DNA of 64,000 nucleotides from Stylophora pistillata (Eukaryota): NCBI RefSeq assembly GCF_002571385.2, contig NW_019217826.1, positions 796,260 to 860,259 of the forward strand, read 5' to 3'. Shown piece by piece: positions 37,701 to 49,457 of this stretch (position 1 is its first letter; each line of letters starts with the position of its first letter). The notes under the pieces were generated by a model. It saw only the letters and a program-made list of their open reading frames with translations, ran no database searches and was not told where the DNA came from. The position numbers and the translations under genes were made by a program.

Positions 37701-39789
37701 TCCTCCCAGTGAAGCTCAAATCGGGGCTGGTGATTAGCAGTGACGGTCAAGAATTTTGTAATAGTTTTGATTACTTACATGTACATGAAAACTAGGATAT
37801 GACTGACAGGTTACTTGTACATCCCATCTTTTCACACATACAGTGTAGGCCTGCTTTAAGATATTTTAAACTAGGTAACTGATCCTACTGTTTTGACAAA
37901 ATAATGATATTGATTGTTAACTTGGGCGAAGTTTTGAGCTTTTCTACTGGTTTTATTTTGTGTTCTGATCCCACTGTTTTTACAAAAACATGATATTGAT
38001 TGTTAACTTGAGCAAAGTTTTGAGCTTTTCTACTGGTGTTATTTTGGGTACTGATCCTGCTGTTTTTACAAAATCATGATATTGATTGTTAACTTGAGCA
38101 ATGTTTTGAGCTTTTCTATTGGTTTTATTTTGAACAGCGTGAAATGCGTGAAGGGAATTTACGTTTCATGCAGTATTGTGCAATGAACCGTAAAGAGGAG
38201 GAGGACAGAGAGAAGGAGCTGGAGCGCATCGTAAATGAGGAAGTAGAAAAGAAATGGGCACAAACTATCAAGCAGTACAAAATGGAGAGAGATGCCCGCC
38301 AGAAACTCTTGGCAAATGTCATGAAATCTAGGGAACAACAGATTGAAGAGAGAAGTAAGTTGGAAAATCAAGAGGAGATTGTTGTACATTTAGCGTTAGT
38401 AGCTACTAGTGGCACATGAAGTACAAAAATATACGTAAGGCTATCATCATTATCATATAGTTGGGCTACATGTAGCTCGCTGGTAGTATAGAAGTCCTGT
38501 AGATTAGTGTTATAGCACTGATCTGGGTAACGTGCTCTAGGTGTGGGGTTTTTATACAAAGTAGTACCTGATCTTTAAGTTCTAAGGTCGTGAGAACCAG
38601 TTTTTGAGGAGAAACCCCACTGCGTTATGCGGTATTTTTGTGAAGTACGAGACTTTTTTTAACTTGAACGAGACTGCAATTTACTAGTTCGGTGAAACAG
38701 GAGAACAGAAAAGAGGCAATAAGTAGTTAGACGAAAAAATAAAAGGACAAAGAATGAACTCAAAAACAAATTGCAACAGATGAACTTGAAAAACTTCTTT
38801 AAAACGATCTGTTCTTTGAAACACATTTCAAATGATGCATGACTTAGTTTGGAAGAATCATTTAAGAAACGTTTTTCAAAAAATCTCACTCATAACTTCT
38901 TGTTTTTTTAGAACGACTTGCTGAAGAGGAACAAGAAGCTGAAAAAGCCGAAAGGGATGCACTCTTAGCAGCGATTGAAGAGCACAAGCGATTAGAAGCA
39001 GAGAATCAAGAGAGAATAAAGAACAGAAATATTGGTTATCAACGGGACCTTGACATGCAAATTGACTATCAACGCAGAGTCAAGGATAAACAAATGGAAG
39101 AGGAAGAAAGGGAATTCAGAATGGGACAGGTTAGTAATTAACGAGATACAGGAGGGAGATCATGTGCAGGTGTAAGAAGTCCTCAACATGATTGTTGTCA
39201 TGACGTTCAGTGACGTTTCGACAGGCGGAGCGGAAAGTTCTCATCAGATTCAAGTGAAATAACATCACGAGAACAAGGGCACCTGGAATATTCGCTGAAT
39301 TAAGCATTAAATCTTGATTCTGAAATTTTTGACCAAATAGTGAAGGAAAACAACACACAAAATGAATGATGTATCTGTTGACAGTGATACTGCGATGGCT
39401 TGGATTATGTGTACAGTGGATTCATTCTTAGTTTTATACTTCTTGGGAAGTGACATGCAAATTGTAGCTGACATGCAAATTGTAACATGTAGCTGTCCAT
39501 TGTCATGGAGATGCGTCCCACATTTAGACAACCAATATGACAGTGAAATAAAAGTAGAGGTCTAAATTGTTTCGCAATAAGTCAACATCTGTGGGGAAGT
39601 TATAAGAGTGTCATGAAACGCCGGAAGGAGACAAGATCAGAGAAGGTTGACTATTGTTTATTTTACTTGATACAGGAAGCTGAAGCTGAATATCAGAGAA
39701 AGCTCAAAGAAGCCCTTGAGAGACCGACCACCGATAGAGTGCACCCCATGAGAATCATGGGAACAGCGCTGAGAAACAAATCCAACTAA
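34775..39789 (+). CDS. CFAP53: Cilia- and flagella-associated protein 53 (CCDC11), ~513 aa, 10 exons
   Basis: Exons: 34775-34840, 35076-35195, 35390-35499, 36152-36325, 36691-36913, 37013-37213, 37560-37658, 38138-38354, 38912-39129, 39676-39789 (1542 nt, phases consistent). REFTGPTP, EKLDQRWRDNCEELR, LDMQIDYQ and terminal VHPMR match human CFAP53 motifs as recalled. Confidence 0.92.
35858..36108. mobile_element. Second copy of the fold-back Penelope-type element, 13-bp TSD, in CFAP53 intron 3
   Basis: Same arms as 21946-22183. TSD cctcttaaaataa at 35845-35857 and 36109-36121. Confidence 0.75.
37879..38132 (+). repeat. Three tandem 86-bp units in CFAP53 intron 7
   Basis: Units start at 37879, 37965 and 38051 (ctgatcc...tgatattgattgttaacttg...gttttgagcttttcta). 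Confidence 0.9.
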
Positions 39790-40240
39790 AAGAATTGCCA
39801 TATTGACGGTTTCGCCTTCTTTATTTTTTGAAGATTGAGAAAATTTTGATTCAGCTTTTTAACGATGCCTATTGTAGAGATGTAGTGAATTGTACAACTA
39901 AAACAATGCCACCTTTTATTTTCTGTACCGAATATATAGCTTCTGTAAATAGAGATGAATAATAATTGAGTGGTCTTAGTGATATGTACATGTGGAACTA
40001 ATCTACGAAATGACATCGTTAAGGTTTTCAGTTAACGGATGTGGCCAAAGTGTGTTGTATGTGAAAACGAAATCATTTTTTTGTGTAAACAAATATTCTC
40101 CATGATGATCCAGAGCTTGTTGCAGAAAAGAAAACTTTTATACAAGCCTAACCTCTGCAATTAAAACTCCTTGGCATTTTAAGATACGGATGAAACTATA
40201 GAAAAACCATCATCACAGTGGTAACTATTTTCAAATGAAA

Positions 40241-40328
40241 CAACCTCGTTTCCAGGGTCTCTCATCATCCTGCCCCCTGGAGCTCGCTCCAGGGGGCGGG
40301 AGGATGAGAGACCCTGGGAACGAGGTTG
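40241..40328. mobile_element. 88-bp palindromic MITE-like hairpin
   Basis: caacctcgtttccagggtctctcatc...gatgagagaccctgggaacgaggttg, a near-perfect inverted repeat. Confidence 0.8.
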
Positions 40329-41112
40329 CACATCAAACGCCTTAAGGAAGTCCTTTTAAGGCAGGTGGAAATAAAACTTTCCCCTGTGCTACTGGGTGTA
40401 GGTATGAAATAATCTTTTCATCTCAACGGTGCTTTGCGCTGAAAGACACAAAGACTGAAAAAATTCGTATTCCGCTTTTCCTTAAAAAATTTTGTCCACT
40501 ATATAGAATTCTCGTGCTGTCACTAGACAACTGGAAAGCTGGACTGCTTTTGGAACTTGAGAAGAAGAACCTTGAAGTTCATTAATTTTCCAGGATGCGA
40601 GAACTTTTTAATATTCTCTACAATGGCCATATTCCCAACGAGCCTTTTTATTTTTTAGGAGGCTTTTTTCGGTATTGCCGCATTATTGATAAAGTGACGA
40701 CTCACATTTGTAATTATAAGCCGCTTTCCGCAAATTATACTTTATGAACCGACGATACCAGTTAGGTAGAGAAACAGGCACAGCGCGTAAAAAAAAAAGC
40801 AAATATATATATATATATATATTTAGTCGTTAATGGAACTCTCAGGCCAACAAAGGTGCACCGCGCCAGGAAGATCAATAAAGATTCGCAGTCCAAACCT
40901 CACAGCCAACACGAACGTAGAAAGTTTAAAAAATTGCGGGGATGGACAACTTCTGACGTAAAAAATATAAAAAAATTTTTTAATAAAAAACCTTTCGGTC
41001 AGAGACCTTCAGTTATTTACAACTTTTGAAATAAAAAAGAGAGCATTAAATAGGATCGAAGTGCTAATGATTACGTAATTACAGATTTTAAACTTTCTAC
41101 GTTCGAGACCTT

Positions 41113-41150
41113 AAAAGAACTGATGAGGGTCTCGGACCGAAACGTTTTTT
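41113..41150 (+). ncRNA. Minimal type I hammerhead-like motif (Penelope-type)
   Basis: CTGATGA-G-GGTC-TCG-GACC-GAAA-CG-TT with only a weak A/T stem I. A degenerate inverted copy lies at ~40985-41014. Confidence 0.55.
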
Positions 41151-41337
41151 ATTAAACTTTTTAGATTTTTTATTGAGTATATGTCTTCCTTCGCTCGAAG
41201 TTGTCCGTCCTCGTGTGCCACACTACTTCTCCTATATATATAAAGTGTGACTTGATTTTCGTAGAACAGTGCTCAATACATAGAAGTAGAGCGAAGTATA
41301 TATTGTGGGAGGAAAAAGACAAGTAAACTACAAGTTC

Positions 41338-41380
41338 ATCCCTACAAGCCTGTTTCGTGGTCGCCCACTCATCAGGGGAT
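41338..41380 (-). ncRNA. Type I hammerhead ribozyme, intact core
   Basis: Minus strand: AUCCC-CUGAUGA-GUGG-GCGA-CCAC-GAAA-CAGGCUUG-UA^GGGAU. Stem I 5 bp, stem II 4 bp with a GNRA loop, near-palindromic stem III, GUA cleavage triplet. Confidence 0.85.
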
Positions 41381-44300
41381 CCCCTGATGAGTGGGCGATA
41401 TGTTCTTTGGCATTACAAAACTTTGATTTTATGTCCAAATCGAGCACTCTGCTAGGATGAGTCATGTCGAGCAATTGTGCGAAGCTCACTAGTTTCTAGT
41501 TTGAGCACTCTGGCATGGCTTAAATGGTGCCACAAATGTGGAATCATTTGGGGTGGCTTTATAGCTCTACCCCCATCCTAGAATCAGCACTGCACTAATG
41601 AGGTCAAGAAAGCCGCAACAGTACTGTCTGCAGTTATATGTATTGGCGCGAATTTTGTTAGATACAAATTCCAAATTTTAATACGGTCTCGAGTTTTAGC
41701 CATTAAATTTAATTGCATAATATCTATCCGACCTATTCAAAGGAAAAGTCTTATTTCGATCTAGATCGATAGTATTTATTCCTGCACTATTCTGTGGAGG
41801 CAGGAAAGGATAAAGTGTCAATGATGAATTTTCCCAACGGTTTTTTAGGTAAGCGGTCATCATTATCACCCTACACTTGGTGAAGAAGTTATCATCGCCA
41901 GATTTTTGGCCAATAAGCGAGAAACGACAAATGAAACTCCTGTTTACACAAGCATTTAACAATCGCCTGCTGCGGCATGACTGATGTCACCGCGCCATCT
42001 ACGAAGTCCTGACAAGAAAGGTGTCAATTATGCTCAAACTGAAGTTCAGTGAACATCTTTTCCTGTGTGATTTTCCAACCCTTTGAGGCCGTCTTCGACA
42101 TCTCTCTTAAGGGTTGCGCAAAGCTGACAAAAGCAGGGAACAGGAAAAGCGCGGCAAATGTTTGCTGCCTTCATCATCCTCCTTCGCAGATCATATCACC
42201 CGTCTTCAGATTTCCGCGAACGATAGGTTTTAGATCGGCGATACAGTTTCACATGCTGCGCGGGTTAATCAGTTCAATTCAACGAGGAGAAGACAAAAAA
42301 GAAAATCAGCAGAGAAGAGTGACCAATCTGAAGGAGACTAAGGTATTGAAAGGTTGTTCTAGCATAACTTTCACACAACATTAGCCTTACGGTTTAAATC
42401 GATTTTCGATCCACGAAGCCCGTTTTGTCAAATCCTTTGAATAAAATGTGGTGGATCAAGGGTGATCTCGGTAAATATTTATCTATCTCATTAAGTGTTA
42501 ATAAAATTGTGAAATGTATGTATTGCGTAATGAGACCACATAGTGTTGTTGTCAATTCTAACAACGTGCATTACTGACCCTGAATTACGCCGAGAGGCGG
42601 TGAGGCGTTTCATTTTAAAATATGGTGGGACCCCGCCGAGTTGGCTAGCGCATACCCTTACTAATTTTTTTTTTTCTAAAATTTCTCTTGCGTGGTTCGT
42701 TGGCATTCAACCTCTTTGAAGCCATGTCTAACGTGTTTGTATTCAATTTGTGACGATGCATAGGTAGGAAGTTATCCAAAAAGAGTCCTATGGTACGTTA
42801 TTTTGCCGAAACGATATCGCAAGATTGAATATTCTGCCAAGCCAAACTTATGCGACGCAGGTGCTATGTTCCTCAGTCAGTACAATCTGAGATAATGTTC
42901 AAAATAAATTCTCTTTTTTGACAGAAATGAGTAAGAATAGCGTCATCGTTGCGCTCGCAAAAGTACTTTTTACTAAGTAATTTCCGAAATCGCGAGAAGG
43001 GGGGCGTGTATATTATCTAATTGTTTCGCACACACTGTTCAATCAAAATAAGTAGTCAGCTCTTTGAGAAATAAAGAGTAAAACCTGATGATGCATTGTA
43101 CTTCTGCCATTTTTTTTTTAAGTGTGTACCACCTCATATTTGCCGTTCTACCAACTCCTTCCGACAGTTAAAATGTCAAGAACGCCAACGTTTTTATTTC
43201 CGTTGGATGTCCTGAAATTCATGATGGTCACTAAAAACGACAGATTTAATAGGTATTTTGATGAAAAGGGATTTGTTTTCGATCTTTTTTCATCAGCAAT
43301 CAACCTTGTTTCCGCGATTTGTTACCGATAATAAATTTTGGTCCAAACCTAGTTCCAGGCTGTTTTGTTCAAAAAGGGTTGTGAGAAATCGAATGGAAAC
43401 TAGACTTCTGGATTTTTCTATCGAACACGGTGTATCATGTTGTATAAAGTTATCTTTACAAAGTCATAGATACGATGTGAATCGGTTTCGTCTCCTTTCC
43501 GAAAACCACAATTTTTGCGGCGCCAGTCTGCTTTTAAATTCAAACTTAGTAAGCGACACAGTTAGCCTTAATCTTGCTGGCATACACATTTCTCCGAAAC
43601 CAACGAAAAAGAAATTTGCCAATAGCCTCTCTGAAAAGCTTGGATGAACATTTTAACAGTGTGTTAGTTGTAAATAAGTTTAAGAAAATTACCTTTTGTC
43701 TCGAGTGTTTCAATAACTAAAACCAATTATCGTGGAGAAATCACTTTCTCTAAACAAAAGTCTGCTAAATTGTTCACTAAATGATTTAATTTTCAGTTTA
43801 TAAGATTTATGTCACTTTCCTCGAAGAATTTTGGACTAACCTAATCTGTTACGATGCTTCGAATTTGAGCTGTATTTGGTGTAATTCCGTAACTTAAATA
43901 TTATCCGTTAATTGGTGTTCTTTCGATTAATTTCAGCTGATACTTCTGCTCCTATTCATGTTGTTGCGTGAGTCATTTTGAAAAATAAGTGTTGGCTGCA
44001 AACTAAAATCTCCTTGGTATCCAATTAGGATTTTTCAAAGCTTACCTAAAAAAAAATGAGAAACGCAAGGGCGTCTCAATGACATGGTCGGTTATAGTAA
44101 CGTTATCTGCTCTAATATCAATGTACTTTCAAAAATTTTAAAGGAAAAAAAAAGATCAACTGTGGGTTTGTTCCTTTTCCACAAGGCCACAAAAAGACGT
44201 TGTGATACAACGATAATGAAGATAAAATAAAATTTGAAATTACCAATGAACATTATATGGGTTTTCATTGTTTTTCAGGAGATAAAACGGCGCATTTCTC

Positions 44301-45224
44301 AATCAAAAATGCTTTTAATACCATTGTTGGCTTGGGATAAATCTCTATTTAAAATTCTATTCTATCGCATTATCAGACTAGAATGTGATTACCTTTACAA
44401 CAATGGCTAATCGACCTGGGTATCCTCTTTTGTAAGAACGAAATTTGGAAAAAAAAAATTGCGAGACACCTTCTCTCACGCTGGAAGATTTTCCCAAATG
44501 TTGATCGAGAAAATCTGTTCGAAACACCTCTTACTGCTAACTTTGTTTAAGAAATTATCTCTAGAAATCGCCGAGTGTTTTTTGAAATGTAGGAGGAGTG
44601 AATGTAGTTGCTTTATACCAGGAAAATAGATTTTCAGGGAGATTGGCCTAATACATGGTTTAGCTGTTTTTTTTTCTTTGCTGCATTCAGACAATCATGA
44701 ATAGAAAAGCCAATTATTCTTGTTAAAACAAGGTAATGGCTTTTTCAATATCATTTCAACGATTGCTTCCCTCCTTAAATTGAACGGATTTATTTTCGTT
44801 GTTAGAATGCCAACGTTCTATAAATGAATAGAATGGATTCAACGTGATCACCCTTTGTATTGGGAAAATGGCAATAGAGGTATTGAGGTTTAAACCGACC
44901 GCATTAAGCCGAGATAACAAATCTCATTTTCACGAGTGATTTAGAGTTAAAATGATGGTTGGAATGAATTAAAGAGTATTTCTGCTCTTTGTTAGTTCGA
45001 GTTCCGGAAATATCGTACCACGCGCTAATTAAAAGCGATCTTTGCCTGGCTAAATGTTTACTCAGACTTTAGTATTGTATCACGTTCAAGAGGATGCGGA
45101 TTCGAGGTTCAATAACAAATTACCCAATTCAAACATTCGATCTGCGTGTCTAGATTAGCTTCGGATATCCTATCATTGACGAAGATAAACACTTCATTAA
45201 AACACCCACAATTAGCCTTGGGAC

Positions 45225-45320
45225 TATAAAGCGATGTGTTCAGTTTCAAGGCCAACCTTATAGATCAAAAGTACTGCCAGTCTTGGGACACAGTACAGAA
45301 TTTCCCTATTGTTTATAAAG
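45225..45320 (+). promoter_or_regulatory. Candidate TATA box and non-coding first exon of the cyclic-peptide precursor gene
   Basis: TATAAA at 45225 and donor AAG|GTGAGC at 45320/45321. The precursor ATG lies 2 nt after a strong acceptor (cttccttttttctcaacag, 48024). Confidence 0.4.
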
Positions 45321-48026
45321 GTGAGCAAAAATCTTCCCTGCTTTAATTCTTAACAGGTCTAGTTTTATTTCGGTTTTCGACTGGGTGTATTTTTCCTGTT
45401 GTGGCTGTTTGTCATGGTTAAGATTTTAAATGGAAAATTAGCCTCTATTTTTTTTCTCTTTGTGAAACCGCGAGGGAGTACAACTTGCAAATTTGAATGA
45501 TGTTCAATTTTTATTGCGGCTATCCTTTTTGTGAAAAGCTGTGGGAAATTTCTTAAACGCTGGCCTCTCTGCGAAAGAGTTTGAGCTTTTTTGTACTTTC
45601 ACTGATGTGAAAATGCTTTTGATAGGCATGCTAAGGCGCACACTAGCTTTATTTATTTGGCTCAGTAACAATAAATCCAATAGAAAGTGATACAAAAGAA
45701 ACTCTACTTTTTTATTGAAAACTGTTGTTTTAAAAATATATGTTCAGTATAATTTTATAATTTAAAAATATAAGTTCAGTATAACTACTGTGTAATTTTC
45801 CGAAATCTCAGTGCTTTCTCTTTCTTAAAGATTTGCAGAAGATCAATTGCAAAGCTAAATTATCAAAAAATATATCTATTTGTAACCAAGGGCTAGAGAT
45901 AAACGACCGTTAAAGTTCGACAAGAAGTTATATCTATTGTTTCTTTTCTAGTGCTCAGTGTAGAGTCAACTGAACTGAAAAAAATAATTTCACTAGCAAT
46001 GCCTCCACATTAATTGAATATCCTTTGAGAAAAATGCCTTTTTATCCCTAAACAATGTTCGTTGATCTATACATTTAAATAAAAAGAGGAAATTTCTTTT
46101 CTTTCTTACACGCGTAAAAAGTAGGTTTTCAACTAGGTATCTTGATAAACGCTTACAGCATCATGTTTAGCCTGTTTAATTAAACCTATTTAATCTGCCC
46201 TCACAATTTGTCTTTTGGAGATTTCTGTGCATACAAATCAATTCTGCATTTTTCAACTTCCTTTAAATAATCTGAGTTGACGTGTGCGATAAACTCGCGC
46301 GAATTCAACGATGATTTGTAGGAAAATTTTCTGTTTTAACGGGCCATGAGAGGTATAGTTTGCCCTCATAATCTGATTCATTATTAAATTTCAGTTTCGC
46401 TTTGTTTCACACACCCTTGAGACAATATTTTGCTGCTAAGAGAGTAACTAGAAAAAGACAAACTGGCTTTTACTGAGGAATTCTTCAGAAGAGAACAACG
46501 TAATAGGGTAGGTTCTTGTTCCAATGAGGTTTAGATAAAGATTTCTGATGAGAGTGCTAGACAATTCGCCAGGAAAATACGAAATGGAACAAAAGATGTT
46601 ATTCTTAAGTAAATAGATCTGTTCTTTCTTGTTTCAGCTGTTTATTCACTGTTTAGGGAATGTAAAGGAACTGTCGAATACTGAAAAATATGACTGTATC
46701 ATTAGTTTTTCCTCTGCACGAATAAGACTCAAAGGACATTTGTTTGGAAATCTAACATGAACTTTTTTTTTCAAATCCAAACTGATTTGGCTCTCCTATC
46801 AGTTGAGAATCATTTTCCTTTGACGCGATTCAAAATAATCCATTATCTAGGAAAATAATTTCAACAGTATGCAAAATTCAAGGACGTGAGGGAAAGGTGA
46901 ATTTCTTCTTAGGTAGAATGCACCAACTATTTTTGAACGTGTACACGAAAATCGCAACGAAATTTCACTATTTCAAAAAAGATAAAAAAAAAAAAAAATG
47001 AAATGAAAATGAAGTCGACGTTAAAAATTAAACGAAAACGAAATTACATGGCGAGTCGGATTCAGGGGAGACACGAGGAAATTTTTCAGATAATTTGTTT
47101 GCTTAGTATATCTTTGATCATATCATAAACAGCATTCTCTGTAAACATTTAATAAAGAGTACGGAAATCACCTTCAGCTCTCACTAAAGCAACAGAGGAA
47201 GCGAAAGTGGCATTCCGTGCAATTAGAAATTGATGATTTTTGGAAAAATTGTACGTTTAAAGCATTAAGTACGAATCTCTTGGAGAAGAGTTTGGGAAGA
47301 GTTAGTTGTGTGGCTAGTGTGACTTTTTTTCTACCAGGAGAGGGGAGGTGAAAAACTCTGTGAGACTTGATACCGGATTGGACAGGTCTAGGTTCTTAGG
47401 TTCAAGCGCTTTTGGTACCGGAAAAAGACATCAGCCAATTAGAAAAGAACACAATGTATAATCATGGAATGCTAGAAAAGACGCGAAAGGGAAGAATAAA
47501 CAAACACAAGGACACAGAATAACCAGAGAAGGAAAAGATTAACCCTTTAACCTCAAATTCTGACCAGCATCTAATTTCTCTTTTACAGTATCACTGCTGA
47601 ATCAAACATTAAGGTCAGGAGAATAGGAGAGATGATTATTAGCTAAAGAAGCTTTCGATTGTCAAAACAATTACCCTTAACAGTAATATAGGAAGTGTTT
47701 AGAGAACAGTATGGAGAATACGCAAGTTGATGTCTGGGGGTAATGGGATTAAATTTTTATTGATGGACCGAAGGCTTTCATTACCAGTTTAATTTCCATG
47801 CTAGTCTAAAATTCAGAAGGGAAACAGCAAAAAAAAAAAAAACAGAAACAAAAACAAAAAACAAAACAACCGGATGAATAAAAAAGTATGAAGTATAAAT
47901 GGAGAGACCATGTTGGTTAATAATCTTAAGAGCAAGCTCCTGTGCAGGCAAGCAGCAGCACCAGCAACTTAACGGTAGCGAAAAAAAAACGACATATTTT
48001 CATCGCTTCCTTTTTTCTCAACAGGA

Positions 48027-49457
48027 ATGTGGCAACAAATTACATATTTAGCCCTTCTGTTGGGTATTTTCGTGGAGTTTACACCCAGCTTTGCAGCCGA
48101 AAAGACCACAGAACTACAAGACGATTATTCGTCAGCATGTCCACCGGGTTATTGGTGCAAGAAAAAGCGGGAGTTCGATATGGGCGAATGTCCCAGAGGA
48201 TTTATTTGCCGATCTACACGAAGCACCCTCGGCCTGTGTCCTCCAGGATACTGGTGCAGAAGAAGCGAATTGGTTCTCGATCAACCTACTGATCCAAAGA
48301 ACTGCGCAGCCGAGTAAGTACGAGAAGTTTAGATAAAGGCCGGAATCCCATTTTTAAAAATCCACAAGTAGAATGAAAGGAGCCTATGGTCAGCAGACTT
48401 TGGAATGGATTTGAAATTCTTCACTTTTCACTCGGATACACTTTTCGAAGAAATTCACATCCACTTTATAGCTAGAGCAAGCATTTAGTTTTCTTATCGC
48501 AACTCAAACTGATTGTATCGTAATTCAGAAGCTTTCTCTACTGAAAATTTGCTTTTACGGTAAAAATGTGTCCACTTCTTGATAAATTTATTATTTTCCC
48601 CTGCTGTGTACTTTATGATAGATTGATGGTCGTTGTGAAGTCACATGCACACCGATAATTTCTGTTGCTCGAAGGGATACTCTTCCGTCTTAAACATTTT
48701 TCTTTGGATAAATTTCGTGCTTGAGTGTAAAAATGTCCCAAGAGAAGGCTATGAAGAGAAAAAAATCATACGTTATTGACTTTTTATCCAAGTATGGCAC
48801 TAAATTTGTTAACTATACCAGGTCCGCTAAAAGACGTTTGAATGCGAAAGGCACAAAGATTGCACCAGTTGGTGGTGTTCTTTAAAAGGCCACTTGTTTT
48901 TTTCGCGTGGAAAAGTCCGAGGGACGATACTCCGAGGAAAATTTTGAAGATAGAAAAACGCACTTATGCATTATAGCGCATTTTGAAACACTTTTTGAGG
49001 AGCAGTTTGTTGCCACCACCCCAGCAGACTGTCTCTTAAAGCCATTTCTGCGAACATGGATGGAGAGGAGAGAGAGGCCACGCTCTCCTGTTGGCCTTTC
49101 CTCTCGTTTGATCCTGTATACTCAGTCAACGTCTTGTAACATTTTTGCGTTTTGTAATATTTTTGTAGATATTGGTGCAAGGTAAGCAGAGATGAGATCA
49201 GTCAGTCTCGCTCCATTGACTCCTTGGCCTCCTGTCCGCCGGGATACTGGTGCCGCAAGAAGCGGTCGATCGATCTTTTGTCCAGCCGAAGCTGCCCACG
49301 CGATTTCACGTGCTCCCAAACGGAGCAAGAAAATGACTCGGCCTGCCCTCCTGGATACTGGTGTAAAAAGAAGAGAAGCGTTATCCAATCAGAAACCGAG
49401 AAAAGCGATTGTCCTCGTAGCTTCTGGTGTAAGAGGAAGGCAGCGAAATCGTCTTAA
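48027..49457 (+). CDS. Secreted multi-core prepropeptide, 191 aa, eight C-X5-C motifs; coding exons 48027-48313 and 49169-49457
   Basis: Signal peptide MWQQITYLALLLGIFVEFTPSFA. The phase-2 splice GA|gtaagt...gtag|A rebuilds the motif CAAE|YWC. Cores: CPPGYWC x4, CPRGFIC, CAAEYWC, CPRDFTC, CPRSFWC. Basic sites KKKR, RSTR, RR, RKKR, KKKR, KRK. AATAAA at ~49582 and ~49632. Confidence 0.88.

Noticed and set aside
42049-43647. 111-aa and 129-aa ORFs (also 56794-57309, 53201-54085, 243-572)
   Set aside because: No recognisable domains, non-ATG starts and no splice support; consistent with chance ORFs.
48620-48700. Possible extra Cys-containing exon in the precursor intron
   Set aside because: Weak acceptor, no C-X5-C motif and an early stop; direct splicing to 49169 restores the motif.
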